From an uncultured delta proteobacterium (GTDB lineage Bacteria; Myxococcota_A; UBA9160; UBA4427), in the NCBI GenBank assembly GCA_963822965.1, contig CAWGJT010000010.1, positions 480,001 to 544,000 of the forward strand: 64,000 bases of DNA, in the 5' to 3' direction. Numbering within the stretch: position 1 is the first letter of the stretch; each line of letters begins with the position of its first letter. This document shows, one piece after another, positions 20,834 to 32,589 of the stretch. A model generated the notes under the pieces. That model did no database searches. It worked only from the letters and a program-made list of their open reading frames with translations, and had not been told where the DNA came from. The translations under genes were made by a program, and so were the position numbers.

Positions 20834-21394
20834 CTACTCCTCCTTCAGCAGGATCTCGCCCTGCTGGTCGGGGAAGCGGCCCTGCTTGCCTTCGTAGAAG
20901 GCCCGGATCTCGTCCATGTCCTCGCGGACGTTGCCCGTGAGCACGACCTCGGGGCCGAAGCCGCCGCGACGTCGGGGGTAGTCGAGGAAGCCGAGCACCA
21001 CCGGGACCTCCGCCCGGCGGGCGATATGGTAGAAGCCCGACTTCCAGTGGGAAGTGTAGGACCGGGTCCCTTCGGCGGGCACGGTCAGGGCGATCGACTC
21101 GCTGCGCTCGATGGTGTCCGCCATCTGGGCCACCAGGTCGTTGGACCGATCCCGGCGAACCGGCACGCCGCCGAGTCGTCGCATCGCCCAGCCCATGGGA
21201 CCGCGGAACAGGCTGTGCTTGCCCATCCAGCTGATGCGCACGTCGTAGAGCCGGGCGAAGGCGAGCAGGAAGGCCAGGTCCCAGTTCGAGGTGTGCGGCG
21301 CGGCGATCAGGACGAAGCGGCGGGCGGCGGGCGGCCGCCCTTCGGGCATCCAGCCGGTGAGCCACAGGAAGATCCGCGCGAGCAGACGGGTCAC
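20834..21394 (-). CDS. Lysophospholipid acyltransferase (PlsC family)
   Basis: APHTSNWD (HX4D), PAEGTR, WKSGFY. Confidence 0.9.
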   Translation of the reverse strand: MTRLLARIFLWLTGWMPEGRPPAARRFVLIAAPHTSNWDLAFLLAFARLYDVRISWMGKHSLFRGPMGWAMRRLGGVPVRRDRSNDLVAQMADTIERSESIALTVPAEGTRSYTSHWKSGFYHIARRAEVPVVLGFLDYPRRRGGFGPEVVLTGNVREDMDEIRAFYEGKQGRFPDQQGEILLKEE

Positions 21395-21453
21395 GTGAGC
21401 CTCTCCTCACACCCCCGGGAGGAAGAGGCGTCGCCGAGTGGGTAGCACAGCCC

Positions 21454-22713
21454 TCAGCTCTCGATGCGGACCGGGAAGCGCTCGTAGTAGAACGCGAAGC
21501 GCTCGCGTAGGGCGCCGGGATCGACGCCGAAGTCGCCCTTCAGGTCGTACGCGATGCGGCCGTGCTTTCCGCGGGGGTTCCGGGCCATGTATCGCTCGAG
21601 CTGGGCCCGCGCGGCGGGGGTCATCTCGAGGTCCGCGAGCCGGTAGATGCGCTCGACCATGGCCACGTCGTCCTGCATGAACTCGTGGAAGAGGACGTCC
21701 AGGCTCTGGGCGGCGGGGACCCGCTCGCGGTCGGCCACGCAGCGGCGCAGCAGGTGCTCTACCCGCTCGATCCAGTAGGCCGCCGTGGCCGCGGGGTCCA
21801 CGCGCTTGCAGCGCACGCGGTCGCCGTAGCAGAGCATGGTGATCGCCGACGCGATCACCGAGACCGGGTCGCGGTGGGTGAAGGCGATGGTCGCGTCGGG
21901 GAAGGTCTCGATCAGGGGGCCGATCTGCTCGAGGTGCTGGGGCGACTTCAGGATCCAGCGGTCCGGTCCGCGCTGATACTGCAGCACCTGGAGCGCGCGC
22001 TTGAGGTAGGCGTAGTGGGGTCGCTGGTCGTGCGCGAAGTAGTAGTCGCGCCAGCGAGGCACCGTGCATACCCATTCGATCACGTAGGTCGAGAAGTCGG
22101 CCCCCTGCAGCTCGATCTCCTCGTGGACGTGCTCGGGGGTCATGTCGTGCATGTTCTTGAGCAGCGGCATGAGCTGCGACTGCATCTCGTAGGCCTTGCG
22201 GCAGCGGGCCAGGCGCGGGTCGACCCCGTCCGGGCCCGGCGCCTCGCCCGGAATCGGGACGGGCTCGAGGCTCTCCCAGTAGGGCATCGACCGCAGCCGC
22301 TCGTCGGCCGCGATGAGGTTGAGCAGATGCGTGGTGCCGGAACGCGGCAGGCCCACCACGATGATCGGCCGGGTGATCTCGACGTCGAGCACGCCGGGAT
22401 GGCGCCGGGTGAAGTCCCGGAGGCGCAGGCGCGTGACCGCGTAGCGCACGCAGTCCCGGTAGATGCCCACCCGGCCGACCGCGCTGAGATTGGCGTCCTC
22501 CCCGATGCTCTGGACCCAGACCGCCAGGCGTTCGCGGAAGTCGTCCGGGCCGAAGTCGGCGAGGCCCGTCTGCCGGCGCGCCTCGCCGAGCACGCCCTCG
22601 ACGCTGAGGTCGACGGGGATCGTCTCGGCGCCCTCCCGGGCCGCGCGCTGCAGGGGCGTCAGGACGGGATCGGCGAGGTCGTCGAGGCGGATCTCGGTCG
22701 GGTCGCCGCTCAT
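21454..22713 (-). CDS. Sulfotransferase family protein
   Basis: GLPRSGTT PAPS loop, WILKSPQH, THRDP. Confidence 0.9.
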   Translation of the reverse strand: MSGDPTEIRLDDLADPVLTPLQRAAREGAETIPVDLSVEGVLGEARRQTGLADFGPDDFRERLAVWVQSIGEDANLSAVGRVGIYRDCVRYAVTRLRLRDFTRRHPGVLDVEITRPIIVVGLPRSGTTHLLNLIAADERLRSMPYWESLEPVPIPGEAPGPDGVDPRLARCRKAYEMQSQLMPLLKNMHDMTPEHVHEEIELQGADFSTYVIEWVCTVPRWRDYYFAHDQRPHYAYLKRALQVLQYQRGPDRWILKSPQHLEQIGPLIETFPDATIAFTHRDPVSVIASAITMLCYGDRVRCKRVDPAATAAYWIERVEHLLRRCVADRERVPAAQSLDVLFHEFMQDDVAMVERIYRLADLEMTPAARAQLERYMARNPRGKHGRIAYDLKGDFGVDPGALRERFAFYYERFPVRIES

Positions 22714-24026
22714 CGCGCGGTCCCCTCCCGGGGCTCTTCCCGCTCCGCGTGCCGGGGGAAGGTCCGGTTGACGAGCAGCAGCAGCTGCAGCAGCCGGACC
22801 GCGTGGAGGCTGATCACGGCCTTGCCCGTGGTCAGGAGCGCCACGGACAGATCGCGATCGGGATCCGCCCAGGGAAAGACGTTCGAGAGCCCCAGGTGGC
22901 CGAAGGCGTGAGGCGTCTCCGGTCCGAAGATCCCCACCGGAGAATCGCCGAGCATCGGCCCGAGGCCGTAGCGGAGCGGGAGGAAGAGCGTGAGATCCAC
23001 CTCCCGGTAGCTCGCCTCGTTCAGCGCGTGCTGGATGGTCCGCGGGTGGAAGATCCGCACCCCGCCGAGCTCGCCTTCGTCGAGCATGCACTGCAGGAAG
23101 GCCGAGAGATCCCGCGCCGTGGTGACGAGATTTCCGGAGGGCACGATGCCCCGCACGAAGCGCGGGTCGTTGGACAGCTCGACGATGGCGTCCAGGGGCC
23201 GGCCCAGTGCGCGCGTCAGCATGGAGGAGATGGGGGGCGGAGGCGGGGGGCCGGTCACGGCGTTCTGGGCCACGAGCGGAACGTCCTCCGGCTCGACGCC
23301 GAAGTCCAGCCAGCGCAGACCCAGGGGGTCGCGGAACTCCTTCCGTGTCAGCTCGCGGATGGTTCCGCCCGTGACGCGTCTCACCACCTCCGCGAGCACG
23401 AAGCCCGTGGAGATGGCGTGGTACGAGACCAGGCGGCCGGGGCGCGTCGCCGGTCGCATCTCGCAGACCAGCTCGCAGATGCGGTCGGGCTGCTCCAGCA
23501 GGTCGAGGTCGAGCGCCTCGCTGGGGAGGTTGGCGATTCCGGCGCGGTGGGCGAGCAGGTGGCGGAACGTGATCCACTGCTTGTGCAGCTTGCCGAACTC
23601 GGGCACGTACTGGCAGACGCGATCTTCCAGGTGCAGGGCGCCCAGCTCGTCGAGCTTGTGGATCACCATGGCCGCCACCAGCTTGGCGGACGAGAAGACG
23701 TTCATCGGGGTGTCGACCGTGGCGAGCACCTTCTCGGCGTCGGGGGGGTCGCCCGGCGCGTTGCCCCGCGCATGTCCGATCGCACGGTCGAGCACGACGC
23801 GTCCCCGGTGCCGGATGCAGAGCTGCAGGGCGGGCGTGATGCCGGTGCGGTAGTAGGCGAGGGCCGCCTGCCAGATGGCCTCGATCGCCTCGGCCGGAAC
23901 GTCCGTCGCGCCGGGCGCCTCCGGTCCCCTCGTCGTGATGGCATCCGTGTCCTCGGGAATCCGGCAGCGTCGGAGGCAGGGCAGGGGAAGCCCGGACAAC
24001 CATTGCAGCGGGTCGCGGGTGGCCAT
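22710..24026 (-). CDS. Beta-lactamase-family serine hydrolase (LipE-like esterase)
   Basis: FSSAK, LLAHRAG, SYHA, FGHLG, WADPDR. Confidence 0.88.
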   Translation of the reverse strand: MATRDPLQWLSGLPLPCLRRCRIPEDTDAITTRGPEAPGATDVPAEAIEAIWQAALAYYRTGITPALQLCIRHRGRVVLDRAIGHARGNAPGDPPDAEKVLATVDTPMNVFSSAKLVAAMVIHKLDELGALHLEDRVCQYVPEFGKLHKQWITFRHLLAHRAGIANLPSEALDLDLLEQPDRICELVCEMRPATRPGRLVSYHAISTGFVLAEVVRRVTGGTIRELTRKEFRDPLGLRWLDFGVEPEDVPLVAQNAVTGPPPPPPISSMLTRALGRPLDAIVELSNDPRFVRGIVPSGNLVTTARDLSAFLQCMLDEGELGGVRIFHPRTIQHALNEASYREVDLTLFLPLRYGLGPMLGDSPVGIFGPETPHAFGHLGLSNVFPWADPDRDLSVALLTTGKAVISLHAVRLLQLLLLVNRTFPRHAEREEPREGTAR

Positions 24027-25358
24027 CAGTGACTCGGGACGAACAGGAAGTCGCCGCCCTCGTGCCCCGACTTGCGGATGTCGGCGAGCTCCGGGGTCTG
24101 GTCGGCGTGCAGCATGACCTCCCGTCGGATGCGCGAGAAGAGGGAGGTGGTGTCGACGATGTCCTGGTTCTCGCGCAGGGCGTCGAGGAAGGCCGTCGCG
24201 AAGACGGAGTGCTCGCCGCCGGCGCCGCCGCCGTCGAGCACGGGCTCGAGACCGCCCGACGAGATGACCATGCGCGCGCGCTTGCTCGCCATGCGGGCCA
24301 GGTAGTCCGGCGTGCGGTTGCGCACGGCGATGCCGCGCGTGAGCTTGCCCGAGTAGCAGCTGTCCGCGACCACGAGCACGTGCTTGGCGTGGATCGCCTT
24401 GAAGGCCGAGGTGAGCGTTGCGTTCGGGAATCCAGTTGATCGAGCTGTCGGAGGTCGCGTCCACCGGCAGCCAGTAGCCCTCGTCGGCCTCTTCGTCGAG
24501 CCAGCCGTGTCCCGCGTAGTAGATCAGGAGGTTGTCGCGGTCGGTGAGGGAGTGCCGGTAGCCCTCCAGGGCGAGCAGCACGTCGTCCCGCGACGCGTTC
24601 TCGAGGATCTTCACGTCGAATCCGTACTGCTGCTGCAGCACCTGCGCGATCGCGCGCACGTCGCCCTGGGCCGACGCGAGGCGAGGCAGATGGCGGTAGC
24701 CGTTGTTGCCGATCAGCAGTGCGTGATAGCGGCCGAACTCGGTGCCGGGGGGGACGGCGAGGGCCGGCGCGGCGCCGGGCGCCGCGGACGCGCCTGGGGC
24801 GGCCGGCGTCGGCGGGACACGCGGGGCCGGGGGCGCGGCCGGCACCGGCTGCGCGGCCAGGAAGCCGGGCTGCTCCCAGGGGACGCCCTCCTGGGCGACG
24901 GCGCGCTCCGCGTCGAAGGCGGCGGCGTCGTCGATGGAGATCCGCTCGAGAAAGGTCTGGTAGTCGCCGAAGAGCTTCGTCCGCAGCAGCAGCGCGATGC
25001 CACCGCTCGGCTGCACGGCGAGGTAGTAGGGCCCCTGGTAGCCGGGGTGCCAGCCTTCGTACCGCCCGGGTCCCGTGCGCCGGAAGTCCACGCCCTGGAT
25101 CTGCCCCTTGCGGACCACCCAGATGCCGCTCGTGTAGCTCTCCTCGGCCCAGAGTCGGCCGGCGCCGATGTGCAGCCGCGAGTTGGCGCCGGTGTCCAGC
25201 CAGACGCCGTCGATGGCGAGGGGCTCGCCGGGGGGCACGTCGTCCACCATGGGCAGGTTCGTCGCGCAGGCCAGGAGACCGGGCAGCAGGGCGAGTACGA
25301 GCAGGCTCGAGGCGACGCCGGGCGCGAGGGCTGCGGGCCTTCCGTCGTGGGGCAGCAT
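24026..25358 (-). CDS. Caspase-family (peptidase C14) lipoprotein, frameshift near 24425
   Basis: Lipobox LLAC, Pro/Ala linker, ALLIGNN.Y, YYAGHG and ADSCYSG catalytic dyad motifs. Confidence 0.85.
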
Positions 25359-25594
25359 TCTCTTCCTCACTCCTCTCCTCGCTCTTCTCCTCGCATCCCC
25401 ACGCTCACGCTGGCTCCGGTCGCCGCGCCGCGGAGACGGGTGCCTCGGAGGTGGGGTGCCGGCAGGGCCCCGTCCGGGTCCGCGCATGGTACCCGTTTCA
25501 CGCAGGCCCGTGGTCCGCCGAGGCGTGCGCGCCGCGGCGGGCCACGCGCACCGAAGCCGCCCCCCCTATCCTCCCCGCGAGGAGGAGCGCCGAC

Positions 25595-26080
25595 GTGGGA
25601 CGGTTTTCGGAAGCAGAGGTACGCGAGGCTTATCGGCAGTACGCGGAGACGCGTGAACGGATCGACGCGGGAGAGCTGTGGTGGGACCAGCTGGGACGGC
25701 ACTTCACCCAGGACGCGGTCTTCGTGGACCCGGCCTGGGGACGGGTCGACGGTCTCGACGACATCGTGCAGTTCTTCATCGACAGCATGCGCGGTCTCGA
25801 GGACTGGAAGTTTCCACTGGAGTGGATGGCGGTGGACGGCGACTACCTGCTGACCGGCTGGCAGAACCGGCTGCCCGGCCGCCGGCCGGACGGCGGCTAC
25901 TTCCAGGCGCCGGGCATGTCGCGCATCCGTTATGCGGGCGACGGCCGATTCGACTACGAGCAGGACCTGATCAACATGATCCACATGCTCGAGGTCATGA
26001 AGGAGAGTGGCTGGAAGCCGGGGCCCGGCTTCCAGAACCCGCCCCGGGACCGCGTCCGGCTCTGCGCCTGGGAGCCCTAG
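25595..26080 (+). CDS. NTF2/SnoaL-like protein
   Basis: [26 protein letters not shown] before GTG. Confidence 0.8.
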   Translation: MGRFSEAEVREAYRQYAETRERIDAGELWWDQLGRHFTQDAVFVDPAWGRVDGLDDIVQFFIDSMRGLEDWKFPLEWMAVDGDYLLTGWQNRLPGRRPDGGYFQAPGMSRIRYAGDGRFDYEQDLINMIHMLEVMKESGWKPGPGFQNPPRDRVRLCAWEP

Positions 26081-26150
26081 GGGCGCGACCCAAGACGAAG
26101 TCTTGGGTCGCGGTTCCGCCGCTGAGGGAGCCCGACGGGCTCCCCCAGCG
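26077..26150 (+). repeat. REP-like double-hairpin element, copy A
   Basis: CTAG then CGCGACCCAAGAC-GAA-GTCTTGGGTCGCG (13-bp perfect stem), GTTCCGCC, GGGAGCCC-GAC-GGGCTCCC. Confidence 0.85.
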
Positions 26151-26241
26151 GGCGACCCGTCCTCGACCCCGCGAGAATTGGTCCGGACCTTCGGCGCGGA
26201 TCGGCCCTGGCATCGGCCCGGATCTGGGCTTTGATTCCGGT

Positions 26242-26865
26242 ATGGATCTCGAAGCCCTACAGCAGACCACCCGGGGCCTCCTGCCGGAGGTGCTGGGCGT
26301 GCGGTTCACCCAGGCCGAGCCGGATCTCGTCGAGGCCGAGCTCTTCGTGCGGGACGAGCTGTGCACGACCCCGGGCGTGATGCACGGGGGCGCGATCATG
26401 GCCTTCGCGGACACCCTCGGCGCCTACGGCACGGTGCTCAACCTCCCGCCGGGCGCCGGCACCACCACCCTCGAGTCGAAGACGAACTTCTTCTCGAAGG
26501 CGGCGAGCCAGGCGTCGGTGGTGGGGCAGTGCCGGCCGCTCCACAAGGGGCAGCGGACGATGGTCTGGCAGACGCGGGTGGCTCGTCAGGACGGGCGCCT
26601 CGTGGCGCTCGTGACCCAGACCCAGATGGTGTTGCCGCGAGTGCCGGACGCGCAGGAGCAGCTGGGCGCGCTCTTCGCGTCGGGGGAGACGCTCGATCAC
26701 CAGACCCTGCTCGCGAGCCTCGAGCGCTCGGGCGGCGCTCTCTACCGCCGCTGGGCGGAGGACGAGAGCGATTCGGAGGCCCGTGCCGCCCTGCTCGCCG
26801 CAGCGCAGCGCGAAGACGAGAACGCCGGGGTCCTGGAGGACCTCGTCGCCAGGCGTCGGTCCTAG
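26242..26865 (+). CDS. PaaI family thioesterase with helical C-terminal extension
   Basis: GVMHGGAIMAFAD hotdog motif, TTLESKTNF. Confidence 0.85.
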   Translation: MDLEALQQTTRGLLPEVLGVRFTQAEPDLVEAELFVRDELCTTPGVMHGGAIMAFADTLGAYGTVLNLPPGAGTTTLESKTNFFSKAASQASVVGQCRPLHKGQRTMVWQTRVARQDGRLVALVTQTQMVLPRVPDAQEQLGALFASGETLDHQTLLASLERSGGALYRRWAEDESDSEARAALLAAAQREDENAGVLEDLVARRRS

Positions 26866-26903
26866 GACCGCGGCCCGGGACGAAGTCGTGGGTCGCGGTT
26901 CCG
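26862..26903 (+). repeat. REP-like element, copy B (first hairpin only)
   Basis: CTAG GACCGCGGCCCGGGAC-GAA-GTCGTGGGTCGCGGTTCC. Confidence 0.8.
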
Positions 26904-26916
26904 GCGCGCGCGGGTC

Positions 26917-27298
26917 ATGCTGGGATCCCGCGAGCGACCGTCCCTCGCCCGTCTCGTCCTCTTTGCCAGCCTGATCGCCGGGAGCGCGCTGGGCTGCGGC
27001 CGGGTAGAGGCGCGGCGCGCTCCGCCGCCCCCCGCTTCCACGCGACCGAACGTCCTGCTCGTCTCCATCGACACCCTGCGCGCCGACCATCTCGGCGCCT
27101 ACGGCTACGATCGCGACACCTCGCCGCGTCTCGACGCCCTGGCCCGGCGCTCCACGCGCTACACGGACGTGCTCGCCCCGGCCCCGTGGACCCTTCCCTC
27201 CCACGCCGCCATGCTCACCGGCCGTCATCCCTACGAGATCGGGGTGACGGATCGCTTCGCGACGATCCCGGCGGACGTGCCGGTGATCGCTACGTGGA
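26917..27298 (+). pseudogene. Truncated sulfatase-family gene (N-terminal ~125 aa)
   Basis: Lipobox ALGC, PNVLLVSIDTLRADHLG, WTLPSHAAMLTG; similarity ends at the 27299 palindrome and the frame then runs antisense into the next gene. Confidence 0.75.
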
Positions 27299-27331
27299 CT
27301 AGCCCTGATCCGCATGACGGATCAGGGCTAG
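27299..27331. repeat. 33-bp CTAG-flanked palindrome
   Basis: CTAGCCCTGATCCG-CATGA-CGGATCAGGGCTAG, perfect 14-bp stem. Confidence 0.9.
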
Positions 27332-27345
27332 CCCCGGGGCCGGCC

Positions 27346-28143
27346 TCAGTCGTCGAGGTGCAGCGCCTCGACGTCCGCCGCGTGCTCCTGGTTCGGGTCG
27401 ATCTCGAGGTAGCGGGAGAGCCAGTGCACCCCCAGGTAGAACGGGCCCGTGTCGAGCAGCGCCATCACCATCTTGAACACGTAGGCCGACCCGATGAAGA
27501 TCCAGATCTGCGGCCAGATGGGCTGGCTCTCGTCGACGGGCAGTCCGTGGGCGTAGAAGTGCGTGATCGTGATGACCGCGACCGTGTCGACGAACTGGCT
27601 CACCAGGGTCGAGCCGTTGTTGCGCAGCCACAGGTGGCGTCCGCGCGTCAGGTTCTTCCAGAAGTGGAAGAGGAAGACGTCGCAGATCTGCGCCGCCAGG
27701 TACGCGATCATCGAGGCGAAGACCGCTCCCATGGTGAGCATGCGGATGCGGAAGAACGAGAAGTCGTAGGCGGTCGGGGACGGCAGGCCCGTCGCCGGGT
27801 CGATGACGGGTGCCGGCGGCAAAGCGCCTCCGAGCCACAGGAACGAGATCACCCACAGGTTGAGACCGAGTCCCACCCAGACGACGAAGCTCGCCCGGTT
27901 GCGGCCGTAGAGCTCGCTGATGAAGTCGGTGCAGAGAAAGGTGACCGGATAGGGCAGCACGCCGACCGCCAGGGCCATGGGCACGTGCACGCCCACGACG
28001 TCGAAGGACAGGTCGATGAAACGCGAGACCCCGAGAATGTTGAGCATCGTCATCGAGCCCAGGAAGAGCCCGGCCAGGCAGAGGTAGACGCGTTCGCGCC
28101 GGGCGTGCAGCTCCGAGGCTTCGATCGGGTGAAGGCCTGCCAC
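27346..28143 (-). CDS. Queuosine precursor transporter (YhhQ/VUT family)
   Basis: GVLPYPVTFLCTDFISELYG, ASMIAYLAAQ..DV, LWLRNNGSTLVSQFVDT; start at GTG 28143 chosen from TACGCT 8 nt upstream. Confidence 0.9.
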   Translation of the reverse strand: MAGLHPIEASELHARRERVYLCLAGLFLGSMTMLNILGVSRFIDLSFDVVGVHVPMALAVGVLPYPVTFLCTDFISELYGRNRASFVVWVGLGLNLWVISFLWLGGALPPAPVIDPATGLPSPTAYDFSFFRIRMLTMGAVFASMIAYLAAQICDVFLFHFWKNLTRGRHLWLRNNGSTLVSQFVDTVAVITITHFYAHGLPVDESQPIWPQIWIFIGSAYVFKMVMALLDTGPFYLGVHWLSRYLEIDPNQEHAADVEALHLDD

Positions 28144-28193
28144 GGCGCGCGAGCGTAGCGCGCGGACTGCGGCGTCCCGAGCCGAGTTGCCGC

Positions 28194-28949
28194 GTGCCCC
28201 CTCCCGCACCACACTCCCCGGCCGTGGAAGATCGCGCGCGACAGCACCGGCGGCCGGGCCGCGGATCCGCCTCGTCGCGAAGCGGCCGGCGCCAGCTCGG
28301 TTGGCTGGCGGGTGTGACTGCGTGGGTCGCCTGTGCGGGAGCGCCGCCGCCGGCGCCGGGCACGATCCCCTCGGCGCTGGCCGCCACGGACGCCCTGATC
28401 GCGGCGCACCACGTGGACACCCAGAGCCCGGGGTGGCGGGAACGGGTGCCGCGCCCGCCTCCGGTGCGATTTCCCCCGGAGCACACCTACTACTGGATGC
28501 TCTTCACCAGCGAGGGAACGCTGAAGATCGAGCTGCTGCCCCGGGTGGCGCCCCGGCACGTCGCCACCATGCTCTACCTCACCCGCCTGGGCTTCTACGA
28601 CGGCCTGACGTTCCACCGCATCATCCCGAAGTTCATGGCGCAGGGCGGCGACCCGACGGGAACGGGCACCGGAGGCCCGGGCTTTCGCTACGCCGGCGAG
28701 TTTCCCAAGAACGGGCCGCACCATGACGAGCGGGGCGTCGTGAGCATGGCGAACGCCGGTCCCCGTACGGACGGCAGCCAGTTCTTCATCCTGTTCAAGG
28801 AGTCGCCGAACCTCGACGGGCTCCACACGATCTTCGGTCGGGTCGTCGAGGGCTTCGGCACCCTGCGCGCGTTGGAGGTGCTCGGGACGCCGGAAGGAAA
28901 GCCCCGGAAGACCGTGGTGATCGAGCGCGCGGAGATCCGCGAGGAGTGA
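28194..28949 (+). CDS. Cyclophilin-type peptidyl-prolyl isomerase
   Basis: FYDGLTFHRIIPKFMAQGGDP, SMANAGP.TDGSQFFI, LDGLHTIFGRV; start uncertain. Confidence 0.92.
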   Translation: MPPPAPHSPAVEDRARQHRRPGRGSASSRSGRRQLGWLAGVTAWVACAGAPPPAPGTIPSALAATDALIAAHHVDTQSPGWRERVPRPPPVRFPPEHTYYWMLFTSEGTLKIELLPRVAPRHVATMLYLTRLGFYDGLTFHRIIPKFMAQGGDPTGTGTGGPGFRYAGEFPKNGPHHDERGVVSMANAGPRTDGSQFFILFKESPNLDGLHTIFGRVVEGFGTLRALEVLGTPEGKPRKTVVIERAEIREE

Positions 28950-29120
28950 AGCGGCCCCGGGGGCGCTGCGCGCGTGCGGCGACCCGCCCGGAACGCTTCT
29001 GCCGACGCGTTGCCGCTCCGTTGCCGATCCCGCGTCCCGCGCTGCGACCCGCTCCGCATTCCGGGACGGGAGCCGACAGCTCCGCCGGCCGTTCGCCGAT
29101 GAGAAGCGTGCAGCATCCGG

Positions 29121-32571
<3,451 letters not shown>

Positions 32572-32589
32572 GCCGTCCCCTCCCCGACC

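Noticed and set aside
22710..25487. Caspase-esterase fusion (925-aa ORF)
   Set aside because: The caspase C-terminus with the catalytic Cys is in another frame ending at 24026; the apparent fusion results from an indel near 24425.
28144..28300. preQ1 riboswitch upstream of the queuosine transporter
   Set aside because: No preQ1-like stem-loop or A-rich tail is visible, and the gene looks leaderless.
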